Origin: Verrucomicrobiota bacterium
Lineage (GTDB): Bacteria; Verrucomicrobiota; Verrucomicrobiia; Limisphaerales; JAEYXS01
NCBI GenBank assembly: GCA_030834415.1
Contig: JAURFH010000002.1
Span: 1 to 53,221 of the forward strand
Direction: 5' to 3'
Length of the DNA: 53,221 nucleotides
How positions within the stretch are numbered: the first letter of the stretch is position 1; each line of letters begins with the position of its first letter. Below, piece by piece: positions 18,978 to 28,104 of the stretch. The notes under the pieces are model-generated. The model did no database searches. It saw nothing but the letters and a program-made list of their open reading frames with translations, and had not been told where the DNA came from. A program made the position numbers and the translations under genes.

Positions 18978-19583
18978 TCACAGGGTTTCTTTCCAGACGC
19001 CCGTGCGTATATAAGGCTTCAATCGCTGTTTCAAAGTCTCTCGGGCCCGATGGATCAAAGATTTCGTGGCCGACAGCGAACATCCAAGCACTTTAGCGAT
19101 ATCGTCATATGACATATCGTCCTGTCGGCAGAGCAACATCGCCGTCCGCTGGTTCTCCGGCAAACCAGCTATCGCCTCTTCGATCTTATCCACCAATTCA
19201 CCCTGCAACATGGTATCAGGCGGGGCGAACTGCTTCACATCTTCAATCTGCCGCAAAGGCTGATCTTCGTTCTCTGGATGAGCCACATCCATCGACTCCG
19301 CAGGATGCCGGGAACGTCGGCGTATCTCGTTGAGACAGAGGTTTCTGGCGATCGTGAACAGCCAGGTGGAAAACCGGGCCGAGACTTCATAACGGTGCGC
19401 AGATTTGAAGACTTGGATGAAGACGTTCTGCGCCAAGTCTTCCGCCTCGGTCGCATCTGGCAAGGTACGGTATAAGAGGTTGATGACCGGCTGCTTATAG
19501 CGCTCCACGAGCAGCTCAAAAGCGGCCATATCCCCTTCTCTTACCCGCAGCATCAGGGCCGCATCTGGGTCTTGCTGATTCAT
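18978..19583 (-). CDS. ECF-type RNA polymerase sigma factor (sigma-24 family)
   Basis: The start is taken at MNQQDPDAALMLRVREGDM. Region 2 reads FSTWLFTIARNLCLNEIRRR. Region 4 reads LLCRQDDMSYDDIAKVLGCSLSATKSLIHRARETLK. Confidence 0.9.
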   Translation of the reverse strand: MNQQDPDAALMLRVREGDMAAFELLVERYKQPVINLLYRTLPDATEAEDLAQNVFIQVFKSAHRYEVSARFSTWLFTIARNLCLNEIRRRSRHPAESMDVAHPENEDQPLRQIEDVKQFAPPDTMLQGELVDKIEEAIAGLPENQRTAMLLCRQDDMSYDDIAKVLGCSLSATKSLIHRARETLKQRLKPYIRTGVWKETL

Positions 19584-19629
19584 TGTTCTCTCAGAATAGC
19601 TCGCCGGTTTCTGCACTTGAGGTGCAGAA

Positions 19630-19652
19630 ACGTCCACCGGACTTAAGGTTCC
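19630..19652 (-). promoter_or_regulatory. candidate ECF-type autoregulated promoter (GGAAC-N15-CGTTT)
   Basis: On the minus strand, GGAAC (19652-19648) is separated by 15 nt from CGTTT (starting at 19632), about 47 nt upstream of the sigma start codon. It is followed by a 9-bp hairpin, TTTCTGCAC-N5-GTGCAGAAA (19608-19630). This is a pattern match to the generic ECF -35/-10 consensus only. Confidence 0.3.
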
Positions 19653-19932
19653 CGAGACGGATGCCATTAGCGGCCTTATATAACACCTAAACCATGCAAA
19701 AGTTCCGGACTGTAAGCAACTTGTGCCACAATGGCAGAATCAGTGCTTTCACAGAAAACACCGGAACTTAGGCTGACTCCATTTACCATAACAGAGTTCA
19801 GCCCACTTGACTATTCAATTGATACGGATCACGGCGGCGCTTGGACTGAAGTTATGAAGAGCAATTCGAGGGGGGGGTGAAAATCTTGCGCGCGCAAATC
19901 TGGTGTATAGATTCTCGGGCGAAAGGAAAAAA

Positions 19933-20322
19933 GTGATCCCTCCTAAAAAGGCCTTAGATTCCGCCAGCGTCGTCCAACGCCAGCTTGATGCCTACAACGC
20001 ACATAATCTTGAAGCCCTGCTTGAGACCTATGCCGAGGATGCTCAACAGTTTGAACACCCGGTCAAACTCCTCGCTTCAGGCATCGCCCAATTGCGCGAA
20101 CGTTTCGCCATCCGCTTTGCCGAGCCCAATCTCCACGCGCAACTCCTCAACCGCATCGTGATGGGCAGCACGGTCATCGACCACGAACTGGTGACACGCA
20201 CCTTTCCCGAAGGCCCGGGTACGATCGAACTCGTAGCAACCTACGAAGTGCTAAACGGGAAAATCGCCAAGGCATGGTTCATCACCGGAGCTAAGACAAT
20301 AAAATCGGTCGTCACCGAGTAA
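19933..20322 (+). CDS. NTF2-like / SnoaL-like (steroid delta-isomerase-like) protein
   Basis: The track ORF begins at GTG 19903. I prefer GTG 19933, which is preceded by GAAAGGA. The motif VVQRQLDAYNAHNLEALLETYAEDAQQFEHP is typical of SnoaL-like domains. Confidence 0.65.
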   Translation: MIPPKKALDSASVVQRQLDAYNAHNLEALLETYAEDAQQFEHPVKLLASGIAQLRERFAIRFAEPNLHAQLLNRIVMGSTVIDHELVTRTFPEGPGTIELVATYEVLNGKIAKAWFITGAKTIKSVVTE

Positions 20323-20448
20323 TTGCCTATCCCCGCCAGCCCAATCCCGTCTTCATACCCGATTTGACCATCGATATTTGAGCCCATTTTCCTTTCTTCC
20401 CTCACTTCTCACTTTGCACTTTAGCTCTGGTCCCCCTACTGTCCACGC

Positions 20449-23220
20449 GTGCCGACTTTGTTGGAAAAGATTGAAGCCAGCGCCCGCCAGCGATTGCCTT
20501 TGCCTGCGGGGCGCACCCCCGCCCAAGAACTGGCCCGCTATCGGAATTACCTGAAGGTCGAGTCGCACCGTCTGAAAATTATGCACCGCGCCGGTGGCGA
20601 AGGCCGGGAAATCTGTCGCGCACGTGCAGCTATCCTCGATCACCTTTTGCGCCACCTCTTCGACACGGTCCGCAAACAAGGCGGTTTCGACCAAGAAAAG
20701 CTCCCTCCCCTCGCGTTGGTAGCGATCGGTGGTTTTGGCCGCGGCGAACTGAACCCCGCCAGCGATATCGACATCATGTTCCTGCATGATGGCCGCATGA
20801 TCGTGGGGAATAAGCCCCATCCTTTTCTCGCCGCCCTCACCGGCACCGGCGGTCTGCTCTACACACTCTACGACATTGGCCTGAAAGTCGGCCCCGCTGT
20901 CCGCAGCCTGGATGATTGCGTGAAAGTCGCGAATAGCGACATGCAGTCCAAGACCTCGCTCATCGAGGCCCGCCTCATCGCCGGTGATGCCAACCTGCTC
21001 GCCAAGTTTGAGAAACTGGTCGAAGCCAAATGTGTCAAAGGTCACGAGGACGAGTATCTTGCGGAACGCCTCGCCGACCAGAAACAACGCCGGGCCAAGT
21101 ATGGCAATTCCGCCTGTATGCAGGAGCCGAACATCAAGAACGGATGCGGCGGATTGCGGGATTACCAGAACCTCATGTGGATGGCGTACTTCAAGATCCG
21201 CGCCCGCACCACTGAGGAATTACGGTTGCGTGACCTCATGAGCGCCGCCGAGGTGAAGCAGCTCGAGGCCGCCTATGATTTCCTCCTCCGAGTCCGCACC
21301 GACCTGCATTACCATACGGGTCGCCCGGTTGATGATCTGCCCAAGAGCATCCAACCCGCCATCGCCCATAATCTCGGCTACACCGACCGTTCTCCCCGCC
21401 GTCGGCTGGAGAGGATGATGCGGGATTTCTACACGCACTCCCGGAACGTCTATCTCATCACCCAGCTTGTAGAGCAACGCCTGGCCCTAATGCCCACGGC
21501 CAGCCGCTTTCCCACTTTCAAAGAGATCTTGCGCAGCCGTCAGCAGGCCATGCCACAGATCGTGGACGGCTTTACCTTCAACGAAGGCAAGATCGAGGCG
21601 GCCAATGGCCGTATCTTCCGTGAACAACCGCGCCGCCTGATGCGCGTGTTTCTCTACGCCCAGCAGCGCGGTCTCGAACTGCATCCCAACCTCGCCCAGC
21701 ACATCCGCCAGCAGTTGGCGCTCGTGAACCGCTATTTCTTGGAAGACCCTCACGTTCACGAGACGTTCCTCCAGATCATGAGCCAGCGCGGCGACGTCGC
21801 CCGTATTCTGCGCATGATGCATGACGTCGATTTCCTCGGGAAATACATCCCGGAGTTCGGCCGCCTCACCTGCCTGGTCCAGCACGAGTTCTTCCATCAG
21901 TACGCCGCCGATGAGCACACGCTCATGTGCCTGCAGAAGTTGGACGATATCTGGGCCGCCAAGACCCCGCCGTTGAGCAATTACACGGAGATGTTCATCA
22001 GCCTCGAACGTCCCAGCCTGCTCTATCTTGCCCTCCTATTGCATGATGCCGGCAAGGCGGATGAAAGCGGACACCATGAGGTGGATAGCGCCCGGCTCAT
22101 CGGCCGCATGGGCCGTCGCCTCAAGTTGGATAATCCGACCATCAAATCGCTGCAGCTTATCGTCACGGAGCACCTCACCATGGTACAGATCTCCCAACGG
22201 CGAGATCTGGATGATCCGGCGGTGATCCGGAAGTTCGCCAAGCTGATGGAGACTCCGGAGAACTTGGTGATGCTCACGCTCCATACCGTGGCGGATTCTC
22301 TCGGCACCAGTGACAAGATCTGGAACGGCTTCAAAGACTCGCTCCTCTGGACGCTGCACCAGAACACCATGCGTCTGATCACTGGCGGGACAGACTTCAT
22401 CCGGGCAGAGGAAAAATTACGCGAGCATCTGGCCAAGGAAGTACGCAAGCTCGCCCCTTCCAGCTTCAAAGAAGACGAGGTCCAGGCCCATTTCAGCAAC
22501 CTGCCGCCCCGCTATTTCCGCACGCACACCGCGCGGGACATCATGACGGATCTCTCGCTGACGCACCGGTTCATGCACCTCCAGTTGACCGAGGAAGAAC
22601 GTGCCCTGGAGCCCGTCACCTACTGGCACAACGAGCCCGATCGCAGCCACAGCGTGGTGAAGATCTGCTCGTGGGACCGCGTCGGCTTCTTCGCCAAGAT
22701 CACCGGCGCCCTCACCGCTGCCGGCCTGAACATTCTCAGTGCCCAAGTCTTCTCGCGGTCTGACGGTATCGTCCTCGATACCCTGCTGGTAAACGATGCC
22801 GTCACCGGCAAACCCGCCGAGCGCGAATCGAAGGACCTTTTCGAGAAATACATCGATGAGACCCTGAACGGTGAGATCAACCTGGCCGCGCTCATCAAGA
22901 AGCGGAAGAACGTGAAGCCGCTTTATTATCCGCTCGAAGGCGAGGAACTCCCCATCATCATCGACTTTGATAACGACAGCTCCGCCCAATGCACCGTCAT
23001 TGATATCGAGACGGAGGATCGTGTCGGCTTGCTCTACACCATCTCCCAAGTCCTGAGTGAGCAGAAGGTGGACGTCATCCTCTCCAAGATCACCACGGAA
23101 AAAGGTGCGGCTATCGACTCCTTCTACGTCACCGAGATCGGTGGCGGCAAGCTCACCACCCAGCAGCGTCGCAACACGGTGGAACGCAAACTCAAAGCCG
23201 CCATCGCCGCGCTGGAGTAG
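20449..23220 (+). CDS. glnD: [protein-PII] uridylyltransferase/uridylyl-removing enzyme
   Basis: 923-aa ORF with a nucleotidyltransferase motif (GGFGRGELNPASDIDIMFL), an HD domain (LLLHDAGKAD...H) and two C-terminal ACT domains (SWDRVGFFAKITGAL and ETEDRVGLLYTISQVL). Confidence 0.9.
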   Translation: MPTLLEKIEASARQRLPLPAGRTPAQELARYRNYLKVESHRLKIMHRAGGEGREICRARAAILDHLLRHLFDTVRKQGGFDQEKLPPLALVAIGGFGRGELNPASDIDIMFLHDGRMIVGNKPHPFLAALTGTGGLLYTLYDIGLKVGPAVRSLDDCVKVANSDMQSKTSLIEARLIAGDANLLAKFEKLVEAKCVKGHEDEYLAERLADQKQRRAKYGNSACMQEPNIKNGCGGLRDYQNLMWMAYFKIRARTTEELRLRDLMSAAEVKQLEAAYDFLLRVRTDLHYHTGRPVDDLPKSIQPAIAHNLGYTDRSPRRRLERMMRDFYTHSRNVYLITQLVEQRLALMPTASRFPTFKEILRSRQQAMPQIVDGFTFNEGKIEAANGRIFREQPRRLMRVFLYAQQRGLELHPNLAQHIRQQLALVNRYFLEDPHVHETFLQIMSQRGDVARILRMMHDVDFLGKYIPEFGRLTCLVQHEFFHQYAADEHTLMCLQKLDDIWAAKTPPLSNYTEMFISLERPSLLYLALLLHDAGKADESGHHEVDSARLIGRMGRRLKLDNPTIKSLQLIVTEHLTMVQISQRRDLDDPAVIRKFAKLMETPENLVMLTLHTVADSLGTSDKIWNGFKDSLLWTLHQNTMRLITGGTDFIRAEEKLREHLAKEVRKLAPSSFKEDEVQAHFSNLPPRYFRTHTARDIMTDLSLTHRFMHLQLTEEERALEPVTYWHNEPDRSHSVVKICSWDRVGFFAKITGALTAAGLNILSAQVFSRSDGIVLDTLLVNDAVTGKPAERESKDLFEKYIDETLNGEINLAALIKKRKNVKPLYYPLEGEELPIIIDFDNDSSAQCTVIDIETEDRVGLLYTISQVLSEQKVDVILSKITTEKGAAIDSFYVTEIGGGKLTTQQRRNTVERKLKAAIAALE

Positions 23221-23225
23221 CGTCT

Positions 23226-24320
23226 GTGAATACAATCACCGCCATTCCCGAAGCATGCAGGAAATTCCTGCGCCGCAAACTGCTTCTGGATCAGCCTTTG
23301 GCCACGACTGATGACGCGATCCGTCATCATGGTTACATCCAGATCGATCCCATCGACGTCTGCGGCAAGATGCATGACCTCATCTTGCGCAACCGCGTGC
23401 AGCAATATCAGCGGGATGATTTGCTGAAGGTGCTTTATCAGCGCAAGCAACGCGCGTTCTTCGAGCATTACATCGGGGTATTGGTTGCGTTAGCCATTGA
23501 GGATTATCGCTACCTGCTGCCCTCCATGAAGCGGCGACGCACCTCGGACCGATACAGTGGCGCCCTGGATGCGGAGCAAAAGAAGATGGCCCGAAAGATC
23601 ATTGATCGCATCCGCTCGGAAGGTCCACTCAGTTCAGCCGCCTTCTTGGATTCAGGCCGTTCACAGACTGGCTGGGGCACGAACGGCACGCTCGCCAAGA
23701 CTACGCTGGACAAGCTCTTCTTCCACGGCCGTCTGCTCATCAGTCGACGGGATAACTTCCGCCGCGTGTTTGATCTCCCGGAACGTATCCTGCCGGAAAA
23801 CATCCTGGAGTCCAAACCAGCCACACCACGTGAAGTAGAACGCTGGCTCATCCAAGTGCGCCTGAAGCAACGGCGACTCATCATCCTCACTGCTGCACAT
23901 GCCACCTTGGCCAAAGATTTCCTGACCAAGGTAAAGGTGGCGGATCAGCCGCCCCTCTATTGCCTGAATGAGGATGCCGAACTCCTGCAACAAGCTGCGG
24001 ACTGGCCCGAACCGGATACCACACCACACTTGCTCGCACCTCTGGACCCCATCATCTACGACCGCAAAATCACCCGCCGCGTTTGGGATTTCGATTACAC
24101 TTGGGAAGTTTACACCCCACCCGCCAAACGCGTGCGCGGCTACTACGCTCTGCCCATCCTCAGCGGCACCAGGATTGTCGGCCATGTGGACCCGAAAGTG
24201 GATCGCCAATCGGGCATCTTGAACACGCGAGTCGTCCTCGAAAAAGGGATCGATTTGAGCCCCTCCCTAAAGAATTTCTCCAGCTTCTTGGAGATGAATT
24301 CACACAAGGTCATTCACTAA
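23226..24320 (+). CDS. YcaQ-family winged-helix protein (DNA interstrand cross-link glycosylase family, DUF1006)
   Basis: 364-aa ORF with a GTG start. The motifs HHGYIQIDPIDVCGKMHDLILRNRV and GYYALPIL...GHVDPKVDR are characteristic of the YcaQ/AlkZ-like family. Confidence 0.8.
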   Translation: MNTITAIPEACRKFLRRKLLLDQPLATTDDAIRHHGYIQIDPIDVCGKMHDLILRNRVQQYQRDDLLKVLYQRKQRAFFEHYIGVLVALAIEDYRYLLPSMKRRRTSDRYSGALDAEQKKMARKIIDRIRSEGPLSSAAFLDSGRSQTGWGTNGTLAKTTLDKLFFHGRLLISRRDNFRRVFDLPERILPENILESKPATPREVERWLIQVRLKQRRLIILTAAHATLAKDFLTKVKVADQPPLYCLNEDAELLQQAADWPEPDTTPHLLAPLDPIIYDRKITRRVWDFDYTWEVYTPPAKRVRGYYALPILSGTRIVGHVDPKVDRQSGILNTRVVLEKGIDLSPSLKNFSSFLEMNSHKVIH

Positions 24321-24400
24321 GACTACTCTGCCGCTTGATATCAGAGCATCCCCTTTTGCTCATTCCTTCGGCATTCGGATTTCGTCATTCGTCATTTTCC

Positions 24401-24778
24401 CTACCCCTCCATCACCACTACTGCTGCCGCGTAATTATCCGTATGCGTGAGAGAGACATGCGTCCCTTTGCCGCCTCGTGATTGAAACAGCTCGAACGCC
24501 TTCTTGTGCAACACCAGAAACGGTTCACCCGTCGGCTTGCGCCCGATCTCGATGTCATGCCAGCCAAGTGCTTCACCCAAGCCCGTACCGAACGCCTTGG
24601 CCACCGCTTCCTTCGCGGCAAAACGTGCGGCCACATGTGTGAGCGGATGACGGTGTGATTTGCAGAACTCGATCTCCTCCGGCAACAGGAACCGCTCCAG
24701 GAAAGCATCGCCAAACCGGTCGATCGACGCCTGAATCCGCGCCGTCTCCACCAAATCGATGCCGATGCCGATGATCAT
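24401..24778 (-). CDS. acpS: holo-[acyl-carrier-protein] synthase
   Basis: 125-aa ORF with the motifs MIIGIGIDLVETARI, FAAKEAVAKAFG and SLTHTDNYAAAVVV. Confidence 0.92.
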   Translation of the reverse strand: MIIGIGIDLVETARIQASIDRFGDAFLERFLLPEEIEFCKSHRHPLTHVAARFAAKEAVAKAFGTGLGEALGWHDIEIGRKPTGEPFLVLHKKAFELFQSRGGKGTHVSLTHTDNYAAAVVVMEG

Positions 24779-24784
24779 TTTCTT

Positions 24785-24898
24785 GTAGCGCAGGTTGATA
24801 ACCTGCTGTGTCGCCGACTGGCAGTCGGCAGGTCTTACGTCATTTCAAAGCTCGCAGATCACCGATCTGCGACACGGCAGACTGCCAGTCTGCGCTAC
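24785..24898. repeat. 114-bp compound palindromic (REP/MITE-like) element with 9-bp terminal inverted repeats
   Basis: The termini GTAGCGCAG (24785-24793) and CTGCGCTAC (24890-24898) are reverse complements. Four internal hairpins are present: GCAGGTT-GAT-AACCTGC (24790-24806), GCCGACTG-G-CAGTCGGC (24813-24829), TCGCAGATC-ACC-GATCTGCGA (24852-24872) and GCAGACTG-C-CAGTCTGC (24877-24893). Confidence 0.65.
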
Positions 24899-24903
24899 CT
24901 TCA

Positions 24904-25644
24904 TTACCCCCGATAATCCTTCATGAGCTCCAGCATGTCCTTCACTGCTTGCGTCATCCCCGTGGTCACCGACCGGCTCACGATGCTGTGCCCGATATTC
25001 AACTCCACCAGATGCGGCACGATGTGCAGCACTGGAAGATTCACATAATTCAAGCCGTGCCCGGCATTCACCTGCAGCCCCAGCGCGTGTGCCTGCTCAG
25101 CACCTTTCACCAACCGCTGCAACTCCACGTTCCGTTCCGCTTTCTGGTCAAAGTGATCCGCGAACTTGCCCGTGTGCAACTCGATGAATTGCGCTCCGAC
25201 CTTGGCGGATGCCTCGATCTGCTCGGGCTCGGGCGCGATAAACAAGCTCACCTCAATGCCCGCATCCTTCATGCGCTGGCATGTATCGGTCAACCCGGCC
25301 AGATCACCTAGCACGTCCAGCCCGCCTTCCGTCGTCACCTCCTGTCGTTTCTCCGGCACGAGGCAAACGATGTCTGGCTTGAGCTTCAGCGCGATCTCGA
25401 CGATCTCCGGCGAGTTCGCCATCTCCAGGTTCAACCGCGTCTTGATACGCTCGCGCAGGAGCTTCACATCGAGGTCCTGGATATGCCGCCGATCCTCGCG
25501 CAGATGCGCCGTGATACCGTGCGCCCCCGCCTCTTCACAGATCAACGCCAGCGCCACTGGATCCGGCTCACCCCGGTTTTGCCCACGATACCGTGCTTCA
25601 CGCAGTGTGGCCACGTGGTCGATGTTCACCCCGAGTTTCAACAT
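24904..25644 (-). CDS. pdxJ: pyridoxine 5'-phosphate synthase
   Basis: The start is taken at MLKLGVNIDHVATLREAR. The motifs HLREDRRHI, ELHTG and NAGHGLNY are present. Confidence 0.93.
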   Translation of the reverse strand: MLKLGVNIDHVATLREARYRGQNRGEPDPVALALICEEAGAHGITAHLREDRRHIQDLDVKLLRERIKTRLNLEMANSPEIVEIALKLKPDIVCLVPEKRQEVTTEGGLDVLGDLAGLTDTCQRMKDAGIEVSLFIAPEPEQIEASAKVGAQFIELHTGKFADHFDQKAERNVELQRLVKGAEQAHALGLQVNAGHGLNYVNLPVLHIVPHLVELNIGHSIVSRSVTTGMTQAVKDMLELMKDYRG

Positions 25645-25648
25645 ATCA

Positions 25649-27265
25649 TTACTTAGGTGCGGGTGGATTTGCAGCAGCATCTGGCACGGTCATGACCGGT
25701 CCAACCTCTTCGTCCCATTTAGGAAAGCCAGTCTGATCCAGCCAACGGGTCAAAATATAAAGCTCCAAACTGGTGAATCCGGCCGGTGAATTACGCAACA
25801 CCTTGACCTCATCTGCAGCCGCTAACTCCGCCTCAGTTACAGCGTTCCCTAACTTGGTCGCGATGGCTCTAAGCCATTGATACGGCACTGGACTATTGGC
25901 CATGGGCAGACGGTTGGATGTCATGAAGAGCAGCGGCGAAAAGGTGATCCACTGATTGACCCTGGCTTCCGTGATCTCCCAATCGTAATAGATGACATTG
26001 GTCCGCCCCACGAATTGCTGCAGCAGCTCCGGCGGCAGGTTCGTCGAATTCGGCGACATCGGAAAGAATCCGAAAACCAAGTGATCATCCTTCGGCTCCG
26101 GTGCCGCCTTGAGATACGGCAAGATGACCGGCAATCCCGTCCACACCAACTCGTTGGTCCGGCTCATCATACGCCCCGCGAGTCGGTTGCTGATAACGCC
26201 GTTGAAATCATTCGTCCACCGATCCACCGAAGTCGCCACCAGATTGGATGCACCTGCCGCCGGGAAAGCAAAGAAGGTCTGGAATGGCACATCCGATTGC
26301 GCCCAAGCATATGCTTGCTGCGGTGCAACCGTCAGGCCCAAGGGCTTCAACCAATCTTGCCGTGACCACCAGGCACCAATCCCTTGCCAAGCCGTGAAGC
26401 TGATGACCGGATCTTGGATGGTGTTCGTCGGGACCTGCCAGGGTTGCGGCACTAAGCCCAAAGCTTGTGAAAATTTAAGGCTGAGCCGGCTGGTCTGATT
26501 CTGACCCTTGCCCGTCATCGTCAGTCGGGCATAAGGCAACTGCTCGGATGCCATTAATCTGGCAACATGAGGCAGCACTTTCGTATCCAATTCCAAGGCC
26601 AGCCAAGCATTGGTCTCCATCTTGGCCTCGCTTTTGGCCAAGGCGTCCCAGTCATAACCTGTTTCCGCGCGCTCCACGGTCACCCAGCTATCTTTCAGTC
26701 CATAACGATACGTCGCCTCTTCGGAATACCCCGCCATCACGGCAGTATCTGTGATATTAGTAAGTGGTATCTTGCCGGCCAATTCCCCCCGCACAACCAA
26801 GGCATAGAGGTTCGCCGTCCAGAGACCGGTATGCTCCACGGGGATCTTCACCGCCACCCGCCAGCGCAAAGGCGATCCGCTCACCCATTCCACCTTGGAT
26901 TCATAGTTGAGCACATCCTCGAGCAACGGCTTCAACTTCACCGCCTGATCTTGGTTGGTCGCCGCTTCAGGAAACAGCAGGACGGGAAGATTGCGCGCCA
27001 GCTTCGCCAAGGTATTGCTCCTCACCAGAGCCGACTCCGGCAGGGACAAAACATCTTTCAGGCGGGTTCCTTCATCGCTGCTGGCAAGAGCTAACAAGCC
27101 CAGTGAATGCCATCGCATCAAAGGCTTCACCGCTGGCGTGACCGGAGCAGCGGCAACCGGGGCCACTGGCGTAGCCGCAGGCTGGCCGGTGGAAGCCGCG
27201 GGCTGGCAACCACCTCCGAACAACACGAGCAAAAAGGACACGACGACCGTCCAAATTCGATTCAT
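25649..27265 (-). CDS. hypothetical lipoprotein (no recognisable domain)
   Basis: The start is taken at MNRIWTVVVSFLLVLFGGGCQ (lipobox LFGGGC), followed by a Pro/Ala-rich linker. The stop lies 4 nt upstream of the pdxJ start. Coding-like composition holds across 538 codons. Confidence 0.7.
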   Translation of the reverse strand: MNRIWTVVVSFLLVLFGGGCQPAASTGQPAATPVAPVAAAPVTPAVKPLMRWHSLGLLALASSDEGTRLKDVLSLPESALVRSNTLAKLARNLPVLLFPEAATNQDQAVKLKPLLEDVLNYESKVEWVSGSPLRWRVAVKIPVEHTGLWTANLYALVVRGELAGKIPLTNITDTAVMAGYSEEATYRYGLKDSWVTVERAETGYDWDALAKSEAKMETNAWLALELDTKVLPHVARLMASEQLPYARLTMTGKGQNQTSRLSLKFSQALGLVPQPWQVPTNTIQDPVISFTAWQGIGAWWSRQDWLKPLGLTVAPQQAYAWAQSDVPFQTFFAFPAAGASNLVATSVDRWTNDFNGVISNRLAGRMMSRTNELVWTGLPVILPYLKAAPEPKDDHLVFGFFPMSPNSTNLPPELLQQFVGRTNVIYYDWEITEARVNQWITFSPLLFMTSNRLPMANSPVPYQWLRAIATKLGNAVTEAELAAADEVKVLRNSPAGFTSLELYILTRWLDQTGFPKWDEEVGPVMTVPDAAANPPAPK

Positions 27266-27378
27266 AGACGGCAATTGGTTGCCACAAACCCAAGGGATAC
27301 GCAAGCAACTGGGTGCAAAAAAGCCGCCTGAAGAGGCGGCTTGAAATGCTATGTGATTACTTTGCGAGAGGCGCTGGC

Positions 27379-28104
27379 TTAGTTGCCGATTTCATCTTTG
27401 TGAAGCTGGGCGCTCTCCGTGACCCGCAGCCAGAGCACGTTTCGGATGTCTTCGTGCACTGGAGATTTCACTTTGCTCAACCACTTCTGGGCCTCGCCGT
27501 AACGGGCAGCCATGTAGTTCACCCGGCCAAGATTCAGATAGACTTCTTCGATATCCACCGAAGAGTCTTTTTCGGCCAAGGCCAGCACACGATCCCATTC
27601 AGCCAAAGCTTCTTCCGCCCGGAACGGCCGCACCGCGTAGTGCATCTGGGCCAGTTCCTTGGCGAGCTCAAGGTTTTCCGGCTCAAGGATGCGGGCTTTG
27701 CGATACTCACGCAGGGACATGTTGAACACTTGGGCCTCATCCACGCCAAAGAACTCCTTGGCATCTTTACGATACATGAACAGGCTCGTGGCCAGATTTC
27801 GGTGATAAGCCGCCTCATGGGGCATCAGACGCACCGCGCTCATGAAGCAGACAAACATATTGGTCACGGGACCGCTGTGGCCATACTCATTGCCCCAGTC
27901 GTTCCAGTATTCAGCGGCATCCTTAGGAGTGTAAGTCGAGAGATCCTCTTCAAACGGGCTCACCACCCCGTGTACCTTGTCGGTGAATTCCATCTTGCCT
28001 GCCGGCTTGGAACTCGCTGAGGGGCTCAGCGCTGCCAAAATGACTATCGCGACCGCGATGAAAACCGCTGAGCGCTTCAGGATACTAAATAAGTCTTTAA
28101 TCAT
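27379..28104 (-). CDS. hypothetical membrane-anchored TPR-like protein
   Basis: The start is taken at MIKDLFSILKRSAVFIAVAIVILAAL (signal/anchor). The C-terminal half has helical-repeat character (YLNLGRVNYMAARYGEAQKWL). Confidence 0.6.
   Translation of the reverse strand: MIKDLFSILKRSAVFIAVAIVILAALSPSASSKPAGKMEFTDKVHGVVSPFEEDLSTYTPKDAAEYWNDWGNEYGHSGPVTNMFVCFMSAVRLMPHEAAYHRNLATSLFMYRKDAKEFFGVDEAQVFNMSLREYRKARILEPENLELAKELAQMHYAVRPFRAEEALAEWDRVLALAEKDSSVDIEEVYLNLGRVNYMAARYGEAQKWLSKVKSPVHEDIRNVLWLRVTESAQLHKDEIGN

Noticed and set aside
20353-23235. Minus-strand ORFs (244 aa, 143 aa, 158 aa, 272 aa) antisense to glnD.
   Set aside because: glnD is unambiguous on the plus strand. The antisense products have no motifs and show biased composition.
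24808-25311. A 167-aa plus-strand ORF (MSPTGSRQVLRHF...TADCQSALPS...).
   Set aside because: Its N-terminus is a translation of the palindromic repeat element, and the remainder is antisense to pdxJ.
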